From an uncultured Alphaproteobacteria bacterium (GTDB taxonomy: Bacteria > Pseudomonadota > Alphaproteobacteria > HIMB59 > GCA-002718135): a stretch of 64,000 nt of DNA. Below the pieces are notes generated by a model, which saw nothing but the letters and a program-made list of their open reading frames with translations, was not told the origin of the DNA and did no database searches. The translations under genes and the position numbers were made by a program. Positions 47,385-56,516 of this stretch are shown here, in pieces (positions within the stretch are counted from its first letter, which is position 1; every line of letters begins with the position of its first letter). The stretch covers positions 6,875 to 70,874 of the forward strand of contig CACKNC010000006.1 in NCBI GenBank assembly GCA_902601455.1, given 5' to 3'.

Positions 47385-48537
47385 TAATAAGAAAAAAGAA
47401 GCTTATTATACGGCTACGCAAATGCAGTTGGTCCGTACACGTTTCTTTGGAAACAGATCTGCAATGATTGCAGGTTCAATACTGTTGTTTATGATTGTTT
47501 GCAGCTTATTTGCTGGTTTTCTCTCTCCATATGACCCAACAATTGCAGGTAGGGATAAAAATTACGAAAATGGAGCTCCTCAAATTCCAATGTTTTGGGA
47601 TGAAAATGGTTTTTCACCAAGACCTTTTTTACACACACTTACAAAGTATAGAGGTGCTGATACAAACTTTAGATGGGTGTATAAAACAGATACTGAAAAA
47701 AGACGTTATGTATATTTTTTTGTAAAGGGCTGGGAATATAAATACTTTAATTACAATATTAATCTTCCAGGTAAGGCTTTAGATTTTAAGATTCCTGGTT
47801 TCACTTTTGATACTCATTTATTTGGTGTGGACGAGGGGGGTATTCATATTTTTGGAACGGACAAAGCAGGAAAAGATTTATTTAGCAGAACCTTGAGTGC
47901 AATTTATATATCACTTGCTGTTGGAACGCTTGGTGTTTTTATTTCATTTGTACTCTCTTTAGTTATTGGTGGTATCTCTGGTTATTATGGTGGATGGATA
48001 GATAGTTTATTGCAGATGTTTACTGATGCAATTCGAACAGTTCCACCTATACCTCTTTTTATGTGCCTGGCTGCATTTGCTCCTTTAGAATGGAGTTCGG
48101 AATTACGTTTCTTTTTTATATCCTGTTTATTAGGGTTAATTTCATGGCCTACCTTGGCAAGACGTGTCCGAACACATTTACTTAGTGAGAGAAGTCAGGA
48201 GTATATTTTAGCCGCCCAAATGTGTGGTGCATCATCAACCCATATAATTATAAGACATCTTTTACCAAGTTTTACAAGTTACATCATTGTTGATTTGGTT
48301 ATAAGTTTTCCATACATGCTTTTATCAGAAACCGCTCTAAGCTTTATTGGATTAGGGTTAAGAGAACCTGTAAATTCATTAGGTGTCCTCCTACAAAATG
48401 CTACAAAGGCAGATGTCTTATTAAACTACCAATGGTATTTTATCCCAGTTTTTTTCTTAGTTGTGTTAATCTTAACTTTTGTTTATGTCGGAGATGGTCT
48501 TCGAGATGCGGCTGATCCACACAAAACGAAAAATTAA
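47374..48537 (+). CDS. ABC transporter permease (DppC/OppC-like) with a long N-terminal periplasmic loop
   Basis: 387 aa with the loop EYILAAQMCGASSTHIIIRHLLPS. About 130 aa lie between TM1 and TM2. Confidence 0.85.
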   Translation: MEISNKKKEAYYTATQMQLVRTRFFGNRSAMIAGSILLFMIVCSLFAGFLSPYDPTIAGRDKNYENGAPQIPMFWDENGFSPRPFLHTLTKYRGADTNFRWVYKTDTEKRRYVYFFVKGWEYKYFNYNINLPGKALDFKIPGFTFDTHLFGVDEGGIHIFGTDKAGKDLFSRTLSAIYISLAVGTLGVFISFVLSLVIGGISGYYGGWIDSLLQMFTDAIRTVPPIPLFMCLAAFAPLEWSSELRFFFISCLLGLISWPTLARRVRTHLLSERSQEYILAAQMCGASSTHIIIRHLLPSFTSYIIVDLVISFPYMLLSETALSFIGLGLREPVNSLGVLLQNATKADVLLNYQWYFIPVFFLVVLILTFVYVGDGLRDAADPHKTKN

Positions 48538-48542
48538 TATTT

Positions 48543-49529
48543 ATGAGTCATCTCTTAGAAATAAATAATCTTGATGTTAAGTTTGATACTGATGAAGGTC
48601 GCATAACAGCAATTGATAATGTTTCTTTAACACTAGATCAAGGCAAGGTCTTAGGAATTGTTGGAGAGTCAGGGTCAGGAAAATCAGTCACAGCTAAATC
48701 AATAATGCAACTTAATCCAGGTAATACTATTTATAATGATAATGCTGAAATAATCATTGATGATGAAAATGTTCTCAAATTTAGATCTAAACATGATTTA
48801 AAAAAAATTAGAGGTGGAAAAGTTTCCATGATTTTTCAAGAGCCCATGGCTAGTTTTGCTCCAGCAATTAAAATTGGCAGTCAAATGGTTGAGCAACTTA
48901 TGCTTCATAAACCTCTAGACAAAAAAGAGGCAAGAAACATATCAATAGACATGTTAAATAGAGTTGGAATTGCTGATGCAGAAAAAAGATTTAACCAATA
49001 TGCCTTTGAGCTATCTGGTGGAATGAGACAGCGCGCAATGATTGCTATGGCATTATCGACAATGCCTAAACTGTTGTTAGCTGATGAGCCTACAACTGCT
49101 TTAGATGTAACGATCCAAGCGCAAGTAATAAATTTAATGAAAGATATTATTAAAGAGTTCAACATGGGTGTTATTTTTATTACACATGACTTAGGTGTTA
49201 TTGCTCAAGTGGCTGATGATGTGGCGGTGATGTATCTCGGTAGTGTTGTTGAACAAGGTCCGGTAAATGAAATTTTAAAAAATCCGATGCATCCTTATAC
49301 AAAAGGTTTAATAAATGCTCTTCCAGATATCAATAATTTAGATGCACCATTAACTCCAATTCCTGGAAATATCCCTAGTCCTTTGGATAGACCAGCAGGA
49401 TGTGTTTTTAGAACAAGATGTCCTCATGCTTCACAAGATGGTAAAGAAAGTAAAGTTAAAATGGGTTTAGTGGAAGTTAAACCTGGACATTGGCTAGATC
49501 GATGTGGTGTAGATTGTGGGAATAAATGA
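48543..49529 (+). CDS. ABC transporter ATP-binding protein (DppD/OppD-like)
   Basis: 328 aa. Walker A GESGSGKS, signature LSGGMRQR and Walker B LLLADEPT. The C-terminal extension has 4 Cys. Confidence 0.9.
   Translation: MSHLLEINNLDVKFDTDEGRITAIDNVSLTLDQGKVLGIVGESGSGKSVTAKSIMQLNPGNTIYNDNAEIIIDDENVLKFRSKHDLKKIRGGKVSMIFQEPMASFAPAIKIGSQMVEQLMLHKPLDKKEARNISIDMLNRVGIADAEKRFNQYAFELSGGMRQRAMIAMALSTMPKLLLADEPTTALDVTIQAQVINLMKDIIKEFNMGVIFITHDLGVIAQVADDVAVMYLGSVVEQGPVNEILKNPMHPYTKGLINALPDINNLDAPLTPIPGNIPSPLDRPAGCVFRTRCPHASQDGKESKVKMGLVEVKPGHWLDRCGVDCGNK
49398..49520 (+). repeat. 123-bp repeat copy 1 (3' end of the first ATPase gene)
   Basis: About 85% identical by my manual count (18 mismatches in 123) to 50393-50515. 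The first 32 nt are identical. Confidence 0.85.
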
Positions 49530-50518
49530 GCGAAAACATTGTTTCAGTAAATAATCTCTCTGTATCTTTTGATTACCAAGAGAATTTTTTATCAAAAAAA
49601 CAAAAAATAAAAGCTGTTAATAATATAAACATTAAAATTAAAAAAGGATCATTCTTTGGTTTAGTTGGAGAGTCTGGTTCGGGTAAAACTACTCTTGGAA
49701 GAGCGATTTTAGGAGCCAACAAAATTAGTCAAGGAAATGTAATATTCCATGATGATCAAAGAGATTATGACTTAACGTCTATTTCATCTAAAGAAATGAA
49801 GGAATATAGAAAAAAAGCTCAACTTATATTTCAAGATCCTTATGCAGCACTTAGTCCAAGAATGACGGTGAGAGATATTATTGCAGAACCATTAGAAGTA
49901 ATGAGAATAACAAGTTCAAGAGAAGAAACAGATGCTAGAGTTAGAGATATAGCGGCAAAATGCAGATTAAACCTTGAGCATTTACGAAGATTTCCCCATG
50001 CTTTTTCTGGAGGTCAACGTCAGCGTATCTCAATTGCAAGAGCTCTAGTAAGTAATCCAAAATTTATTGTTGCCGATGAAAGTGTTGCTGCACTAGATGT
50101 ATCTATTCAAGCAGATATTTTAAATCTTTTAAAGCAACTTCAGCATGAGCTGAACTTAACGTATTTATTTATAAGTCATGATTTAAGTGTTGTGGCCCAC
50201 GTTTGTGACATTGTTGCGGTAATGTATCTTGGTCACATAGTTGAAATGGCTCCATCAAGAGAGTTGTTTGCTAATCCAAAACATCCTTATACTAAAGCAT
50301 TGTTATCATCTATTCCATCTATTGATCCTGAAAATAAATCGAAAGCTATTGAACTTGAGGGAGAAATACCAAGTGCAATGAACCCACCTTCTGGATGTGT
50401 TTTTAGAACAAGATGTCCTCATGCCTCAGCAGATGGTAAGGAAGGAAATATAGAAATGGGTTTAGTGGAAGTTGAGCCAGATCATTGGGTAGATCGATGT
50501 GGTGTAAATTGTGGTTAA
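49526..50518 (+). CDS. ABC transporter ATP-binding protein (DppF/OppF-like)
   Basis: 330 aa. Walker A GESGSGKT, signature FSGGQRQR and Walker B FIVADESV. The C-terminal extension has 4 Cys. Confidence 0.9.
   Translation: MSENIVSVNNLSVSFDYQENFLSKKQKIKAVNNINIKIKKGSFFGLVGESGSGKTTLGRAILGANKISQGNVIFHDDQRDYDLTSISSKEMKEYRKKAQLIFQDPYAALSPRMTVRDIIAEPLEVMRITSSREETDARVRDIAAKCRLNLEHLRRFPHAFSGGQRQRISIARALVSNPKFIVADESVAALDVSIQADILNLLKQLQHELNLTYLFISHDLSVVAHVCDIVAVMYLGHIVEMAPSRELFANPKHPYTKALLSSIPSIDPENKSKAIELEGEIPSAMNPPSGCVFRTRCPHASADGKEGNIEMGLVEVEPDHWVDRCGVNCG
50393..50515 (+). repeat. 123-bp repeat copy 2 (3' end of the second ATPase gene)
   Basis: See copy 1; the offset is 995 bp. Confidence 0.85.
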
Positions 50519-51414
50519 AAAATAATTTATTCATAGCAGTAATTCTATCCTTATCAGGATTATTTTTATTAGACTGTATGGGCATCGCCATAAAATATCT
50601 TAGAGATGATTATCCAGCTGCACAATTATCAGTTTTTAGGAATCTGTTTGGAATGATACCATGTTTTATTGTTTTATATTTTTCAAAAGATTGGCATGCT
50701 AGTGGAAAAAAATTAGTAATAAAAAGATGGCGGTTTGGTTTAGCGCGAGGACTAATTATGTCTTTTGCACAACTATGTTTATATACCTCGTATCTTTATT
50801 TACCTTACGCGCTGGTTGCAACAATGGAGTACACAGGCCCAATGATGATAACATTATTAGCAATACCCTTACTTGGTGAAAAATTTGGATGGTATAAATC
50901 ATTAGCTGTATTCACTGGTTTTGTTGGAATAATTTTTATTATGCAACCTTGGTCTGAGAGTTTTAATTTTTATATGTTACTACCTGTAATGGCAGCTTTC
51001 GGATATTCTCTTGCTAGAGTAACAGCATTAAATTTTTCAAATGACACACCAGTACCACTTATTAATCTTTACGCTAATATTGGAACAGTTTTTTGCGCAA
51101 TATTTTTAGTTATCACATTTAATATGTGGGAAAATTTTAAAAGTTTATATGATTTACTTATATTATTTGTAATGGGTTTTGCTGGTGGTTCAGGAGTTTT
51201 ATTATTAATTTATGGTTCTAGAAAAGCAGAACTGAGTAAAATAATGCCCTTTGATTATATAGAGATATTCTTTGCTTTAATATTAGGCTGGGTTTTCTTT
51301 AAAGAATGGCCAGTTGATCAATTATTTCCTGGCGCTTTATTTATAGTCGCTGGAGGGATTATCATATATTTACGACAAACAAATTTTATTAAAACCAGAG
51401 AAAGAAAAGCATAA
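50485..51414 (+). CDS. DMT-superfamily (EamA-like) permease
   Basis: Polytopic, about 300 aa. The true start is probably ATG 50497 or TTG 50509 rather than 50485, which would shorten the overlap with the ATPase gene. Its stop overlaps the mutarotase start (TAATG). Confidence 0.75.
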   Translation: MGRSMWCKLWLKNNLFIAVILSLSGLFLLDCMGIAIKYLRDDYPAAQLSVFRNLFGMIPCFIVLYFSKDWHASGKKLVIKRWRFGLARGLIMSFAQLCLYTSYLYLPYALVATMEYTGPMMITLLAIPLLGEKFGWYKSLAVFTGFVGIIFIMQPWSESFNFYMLLPVMAAFGYSLARVTALNFSNDTPVPLINLYANIGTVFCAIFLVITFNMWENFKSLYDLLILFVMGFAGGSGVLLLIYGSRKAELSKIMPFDYIEIFFALILGWVFFKEWPVDQLFPGALFIVAGGIIIYLRQTNFIKTRERKA

Positions 51415-52463
51415 TGAAAGTTAAGATAGATAAAGTAGATAATCCATTGCAACTAAACATAGAGTCAGTTGAAATTCATAATGACAATAATTTTAGTTTT
51501 AAATTTTATACTTATGGCGGTTACATTCATGAAGTTAATATTCCTATTAATCAGCAAGAAGATAAAACAGAAGATGTTTTGTTAGGCTACGGCAATATCG
51601 ATGGGGTTCTTGAGTCCCATGGTTATTTTAATACTATAGTTGGAAGAGTTGCAAACAGAATAGGAGCTTCAAAGTTTAATATAGATAATAATGAATATCA
51701 ACTATATTCAAATGTTACTCCTAATCATTTACATGGGGGTAAGGTTGGTTTTAATAAAAAAATATGGAAGATAGAAAATATTGAAGAATCAAAAGACTCT
51801 ATCAAATGTTTAATGAAATATCTTTCACAAGATATGGAGGAAAATTATCCAGGCAACCTTGATTGCACTGTTACTTACGAATTAAATAATAATAATGAGC
51901 TCTTAATAGATTTTGGAGCGACCTCTGATAAAGATACAATTGTAAATATGACCAATCATAATTATTGGAACTTTCATGGTCACGGAGATAGTTATCAAAA
52001 TAATGAAGACCATGTCGTATGTATTAATTCCAAATCAATTTGTGAAACAGATGAACATTCTATTCCAACGGGCAAATTCTTAAATGTTGTTGGGTCAAAA
52101 TTTGACTTACAAAAAAAATTTTTAATTAACAAAGAATTTCTAAGCTCTGGTGGAATTGATCACAACTATGTTCTGGATGATCTGTCAATGGAAAATCATG
52201 TAGCTAAAATTTATAGTAAAAAAACTGGTTTAGGTGTGGAGTATTTTACCAATCAACATGGAATTCAGTTTTATACGGGCAATATGATGTTAGATAAATA
52301 TGTTGGTAAGCATAATAAGTCGTATGGTTTTCAATATGGTATGTGCTTAGAGCCTCAACATTTTCCAGATGCTATAAATCACATAAATTTTCCATCTCCA
52401 ATATTAAGAAAAAATAAAAATTATTTATCAAAAATAAAAATTAAATTACGTAACAATTTTTAA
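51414..52463 (+). CDS. Aldose 1-epimerase (mutarotase)
   Basis: 349 aa. GalM-family blocks GRVANRI, HLHGG, NMTNHNYWNF, IDHNYVL and CLEPQHFPDA. Confidence 0.9.
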   Translation: MKVKIDKVDNPLQLNIESVEIHNDNNFSFKFYTYGGYIHEVNIPINQQEDKTEDVLLGYGNIDGVLESHGYFNTIVGRVANRIGASKFNIDNNEYQLYSNVTPNHLHGGKVGFNKKIWKIENIEESKDSIKCLMKYLSQDMEENYPGNLDCTVTYELNNNNELLIDFGATSDKDTIVNMTNHNYWNFHGHGDSYQNNEDHVVCINSKSICETDEHSIPTGKFLNVVGSKFDLQKKFLINKEFLSSGGIDHNYVLDDLSMENHVAKIYSKKTGLGVEYFTNQHGIQFYTGNMMLDKYVGKHNKSYGFQYGMCLEPQHFPDAINHINFPSPILRKNKNYLSKIKIKLRNNF

Positions 52464-52512
52464 AAAAATAAAATCTTGTTTTATTGTTTCTATATATTAT
52501 TAACCTTTACCT

Positions 52513-53010
52513 ATGAAAATTAGCCAAAAAATTATTACTAATTTAAAATCAGGTGGTGCAGACTTTTTTTTAAGCGTTCCATGTAAACTTTTGGCAAATA
52601 TGATTACAATTTTAGAGAATGATAAAGATATTTATTATTCAGCAATTCCTAGAGAAGAAGAAGGAATGGGAATATGTGCTGGTGCTTATTTAGGTAATAA
52701 GCTGCCTTGCATCATGATGCAAAACACCGGTATTGGTAATTCAGTAAATTCTATTGTCTCACTTCTTCAATTATATCAAATGCCTGTTGTTTTTCTTATC
52801 AGTTATAGAGGAACACCAGGAGAGCCTGTAGGTGCACAAGGAGGAATGGCCAGTGTAACTGAAGACCTTCTTAACACATTAAGAATCCCAATGCTTCATT
52901 GCAATACAGAAGAAGATCTTGATAAGATTTCTACTTTTACTAACCACTCTAAAGTAATTGAAAGTCCAGTGGCTGTTTTGTGTAATTTTAATTTAATGAA
53001 AGATGATTAA
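52513..53010 (+). CDS. comD: Sulfopyruvate decarboxylase alpha subunit (ComD family; alternative reading: phosphonopyruvate decarboxylase)
   Basis: 165 aa TPP-enzyme PYR domain only. Blocks SVPCKLLANMI and REEEGMGICAGAYLGNKLPCIMMQNTGIGNSVNSI resemble archaeal ComD as I remember it. Confidence 0.7.
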   Translation: MKISQKIITNLKSGGADFFLSVPCKLLANMITILENDKDIYYSAIPREEEGMGICAGAYLGNKLPCIMMQNTGIGNSVNSIVSLLQLYQMPVVFLISYRGTPGEPVGAQGGMASVTEDLLNTLRIPMLHCNTEEDLDKISTFTNHSKVIESPVAVLCNFNLMKDD

Positions 53011-53012
53011 AG

Positions 53013-53582
53013 ATGAATAGATTTGAATTACTAAATCTTTTGCAAAATACAATCCAAGAGGAGCTTGTTGTTTGTAATATTGGTCTTCCATCTCAAGAAT
53101 TATATAAGATTAATGACCGACCTAATTATTTCTATATGTTAGGAAGTATGGGTTTAGCCTCTTCAATTGGTTTAGGTCTCTCCTTAGCTATAGATAAAAA
53201 CGTTATCAGTATTGATGGTGACGGTTCAGTTTTAATGAACATGAACACACTTGCAACGATTGGTAATAGAGCACCTTCAAATTTTACTCTTTTAATAGTA
53301 GATAATGGGTCTTATGGATCTACAGGAGATCAAAAAACATTTACCAATGAGCGAACATCCTTAAAAGATGTAGCAATAGGAGCGGGCTGCAAAAATGTTA
53401 TTGAATGCTCTGGTGAAGAAACTAGTGAAAATCTAAAGAAAGCTCTTGATGATAATAATAATTCTTATGTTATTATATCAAAAATAAAGCCAGGTAATGT
53501 GCCAATAAAACCAATACCTCTTAATGCTGTTACAATAAGAGATCGATTTAGAAAAGAAATAGGTTTAGTTACTTACCTTTAA
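53013..53582 (+). CDS. comE: Sulfopyruvate decarboxylase beta subunit (ComE family)
   Basis: 189 aa TPP-binding PP domain. Motif: GDGSVLMNMNTLATIG...DNGSYGSTG. Confidence 0.7.
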   Translation: MNRFELLNLLQNTIQEELVVCNIGLPSQELYKINDRPNYFYMLGSMGLASSIGLGLSLAIDKNVISIDGDGSVLMNMNTLATIGNRAPSNFTLLIVDNGSYGSTGDQKTFTNERTSLKDVAIGAGCKNVIECSGEETSENLKKALDDNNNSYVIISKIKPGNVPIKPIPLNAVTIRDRFRKEIGLVTYL

Positions 53583-53599
53583 TTTTTTTATAAACTACT

Positions 53600-54505
53600 A
53601 TGATTTATTCAGTTGGTTCAATTTTTCTTGATCATATTATCAAAATTAATTCTTTTCCTAAAAAGCCAATCAAATTACTTGCTGAGGGAATTGAAAAGAG
53701 GCTTGGTGGATCAGCTGCAGTAGCTAGTTTTACTATAAAAAAACTAGGATTAGACTCATCTTTTATTGGAAGAATAGGTGATGATGAAGTTTCTAAGTAT
53801 CTAAAAGGTGAGTTAAGTGCTTTTAAAATTAAACACAAAGATATTATTACTATTAAGGGTACTAAGTCATCTCAAAGTTATGTTTATGAAGATAGTTATG
53901 GTGAAAGACTTCTTGCAGCTTTTAATGAAAAAAAATTACTAAATAATAAAAAATTACCAAAAATTTCATTTGCAAAAAATACAACTTATATGAGTGATTT
54001 AAGGTGGATTGAAGCAACTCTCTATATTGCTAAAAATTGTAAAAAAAAGAATTTAGTTCAGGTTGTTGATTTAGATAATTATAAATTAAACGTTAAAGTA
54101 AAACAAATAATTGATTTATCTTCACATCCCATCTTTTCAGAGACTGGAGCTTTTGAGTATACTAAAATTAAATCTATTATTAGTTCATTAAAAAAAATGT
54201 ACTCAATGAAGAACAAATTTTATGCGATCACTGCTGGGAAAGAAGGTGTTTATTGGATTGAAAATGGTATTATTTTTAATTGTAAACCTCCAAAAATTAA
54301 AGTTGTTGAAACTAATTGTGCCGGCGATGTTTTTCATGGTGCGTTTGCTGCCTTTATTCATCAAAAATATTCTGTGATGGAGTCAATGCAATTAGCAACT
54401 GCCACTGCTTCATTAAAATGCACTAAAAAAGGAGGTATTTATTCTTTACCCTCTTATTCATCTGTTAAGAAATTTGAAAAAAAAATTCAGGTAAGGAAAA
54501 TATAA
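53600..54505 (+). CDS. PfkB-family sugar (phosphate) kinase
   Basis: 301 aa. N-terminal motif LGGSAAVASFTIKKLG and C-terminal motif ETNCAGDVFHGAF. Confidence 0.85.
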   Translation: MIYSVGSIFLDHIIKINSFPKKPIKLLAEGIEKRLGGSAAVASFTIKKLGLDSSFIGRIGDDEVSKYLKGELSAFKIKHKDIITIKGTKSSQSYVYEDSYGERLLAAFNEKKLLNNKKLPKISFAKNTTYMSDLRWIEATLYIAKNCKKKNLVQVVDLDNYKLNVKVKQIIDLSSHPIFSETGAFEYTKIKSIISSLKKMYSMKNKFYAITAGKEGVYWIENGIIFNCKPPKIKVVETNCAGDVFHGAFAAFIHQKYSVMESMQLATATASLKCTKKGGIYSLPSYSSVKKFEKKIQVRKI

Positions 54506-54509
54506 TTTT

Positions 54510-55433
54510 ATGAAAATACTAATTACAGAATTCATGGAAGATAAAAGTGTAGAAATGCTAAAAAGTAATTTTGATATTACAGTTGATACAAACCTATCTG
54601 TAAATCATAACCAATTAAAAAAAATAATTAGTAATTTTGATATATTAATCGTTAGAAATAAAACGCAGGTTAATAAAGAAATATTAGAAAATGCAACGAG
54701 TTTAAAATTCATTGGACGCTTGGGAGTTGGTTTAGATAATATTGATATTGAATATTGTAAAAATAATAATATTCATGTTCAGCCTGCAACAGGTATGAAT
54801 GCAGAATCGGTTGCTGAATATGTAATTAATACATCACTTTCTTTATTAAAAAACGTGCCTTTAATGCATCAAGAAACCTCCCGAGGAAATTGGCCTAGGA
54901 CATCAATCTCTTCAAGAGAATTAAAAGGTAAGGTTTTTGGTTTAATGGGTTTTGGCTTAATAGCAAAAAAAGTCGGCGCCTTGGCTAAAATGTTTAATGC
55001 TCAAATTATTGCTTATGATCCATTTATTGATCCGAGTATTGCAGATGAATTTAATGTTAAATTAGTTGATATAAATGAAATATTTGAAAAGGCAGATGTT
55101 ATTTCTATACATTTACCTCTTACTTCAACTACCAAAAATTTATTAAATTATGAAGCTTTTAAAAAAATGCAAAAGCAACCAATAATTATTAATTCTTCTA
55201 GAGGATCTATAATTAATGAAGACGATTTACTCAAAGCTTATGATGAAAAGCTAATTTCTGGATTTGGTCTAGATGTTTATGAAACTGAACCTGTACCAAA
55301 AAGTTTTTTAAATAATATAAAAGATAATACTAACTGCATTCTTACCCCTCATGTTGCTGGTGTTACTGAAGAGTCAAATATTAGAGTGAGTGACTTTATA
55401 GCAAATTCAGTAAGAGAATTTTTTAAATTATAA
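54510..55433 (+). CDS. D-isomer-specific 2-hydroxyacid dehydrogenase (PGDH-like)
   Basis: 307 aa. NAD motif GLMGFGLIAKKVG, plus SRGSIINEDDL and the catalytic His in LTPHVAGVT. Confidence 0.85.
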   Translation: MKILITEFMEDKSVEMLKSNFDITVDTNLSVNHNQLKKIISNFDILIVRNKTQVNKEILENATSLKFIGRLGVGLDNIDIEYCKNNNIHVQPATGMNAESVAEYVINTSLSLLKNVPLMHQETSRGNWPRTSISSRELKGKVFGLMGFGLIAKKVGALAKMFNAQIIAYDPFIDPSIADEFNVKLVDINEIFEKADVISIHLPLTSTTKNLLNYEAFKKMQKQPIIINSSRGSIINEDDLLKAYDEKLISGFGLDVYETEPVPKSFLNNIKDNTNCILTPHVAGVTEESNIRVSDFIANSVREFFKL

Positions 55434-56516
55434 TTTAAACTCTTCCATAAATACAACTCGGTTTTCTCTAATAGATTTTTCAGCAGCCTCACCTACTGCA
55501 ACTGATATTAATCCGTCTCTTAGAGATACTTCTGGTTTTGTATTCTGTTGAATAGCTTTAATAAATGCTAAATGTTCAAAATAGGTTGATCCGTGATGAT
55601 GCCCTGCTGCTAAAATTTTATTATCGACCTCTACCTTATTTGATATAATTTTATTATCGTTCCTTAATGCAATTTTAACCTCTGATGAGTTTCTTCCTGA
55701 AGCGCTTGATGGTACAAATGTTTCTATTTTGCCTACGTCTCCCACAGCAACTATTTCTTCTTGATATTCAGAATTTTCTGCAAACATACATAAATCAAGC
55801 ATTCCTCGAACACCATTTTTAAAATCTACAATTACAAATGCATTATCAATGATATCTGGGGTTTTTCCATCATATTTTTCTTCAAGATGGTTAACATCTT
55901 GATTCCCACTTGCATAAACTTTAGCTGGTTCACTTTGAATAACCAGTCTCATAAGATCAAAGAAGTGACAACATTTTTCAACTAATGTTCCACCGGTATT
56001 AACTGAAAATCTATTCCAATCATCTACTTTATGTAAAAAAGGAAATCTATGTTCACGAATAGAGAGCATTTTTATTTTACCAATTATATTATTATGCACC
56101 TCTTTAATTAATTGCTTTACTGGAGGCATGTATCTGTACTCCATTCCAGTCCAGATTATCTTAGAGTAATCCTTTGCAAGTAATTCAAATTTTTTACAAT
56201 CTTCTGTTGTCGTGCATAAAGGTTTTTCTATTAACAAATGTTTATTTGTTTTTAAAATGCGCTCTAATATATTGATGTGTGTAAAATTTGGTGTCGCAAT
56301 AATATATGCATCTGCAATATTTTTACTTATTAATTCATCTAAATCATTGTAAAATTTTGTAGAGTCCTTCACTAATGAATTTGCTTGGTTTCTTGAATTC
56401 TCATTAGTGTCGCAAATTGCTACTACTTCCGCATTCTCAATTATATTAATATTTTGAATATGTTCTTGGCCCATAACGCCAGTTCCAATAACACCATATT
56501 TTATTGTATTAGTCAT
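55428..56516 (-). CDS. Gfo/Idh/MocA-family NAD(P) oxidoreductase
   Basis: 362 aa. Rossmann N-terminus KYGVIGTGVMGQEH and the EKPL motif (LLIEKPLC). Confidence 0.85.
   Translation of the reverse strand: MTNTIKYGVIGTGVMGQEHIQNINIIENAEVVAICDTNENSRNQANSLVKDSTKFYNDLDELISKNIADAYIIATPNFTHINILERILKTNKHLLIEKPLCTTTEDCKKFELLAKDYSKIIWTGMEYRYMPPVKQLIKEVHNNIIGKIKMLSIREHRFPFLHKVDDWNRFSVNTGGTLVEKCCHFFDLMRLVIQSEPAKVYASGNQDVNHLEEKYDGKTPDIIDNAFVIVDFKNGVRGMLDLCMFAENSEYQEEIVAVGDVGKIETFVPSSASGRNSSEVKIALRNDNKIISNKVEVDNKILAAGHHHGSTYFEHLAFIKAIQQNTKPEVSLRDGLISVAVGEAAEKSIRENRVVFMEEFKL

Noticed and set aside
50485-50518. A 34-nt overlap between the second ATPase gene and the DMT permease ORF, considered as a possible programmed overlap.
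   Set aside because: In-frame alternative starts (ATG 50497, TTG 50509) shorten the overlap to the few nucleotides typical of this genome. The long overlap is probably an artefact of choosing the first ATG.
52513-53582. Reading the split TPP enzyme as phosphonopyruvate decarboxylase, which would imply phosphonate biosynthesis.
   Set aside because: The window has no PEP mutase, aminotransferase or phosphonate-tailoring genes. The genes are embedded in a sugar-catabolic operon alongside xsc and pta. I kept it as the stated alternative, because the two activities cannot be told apart from motifs alone.
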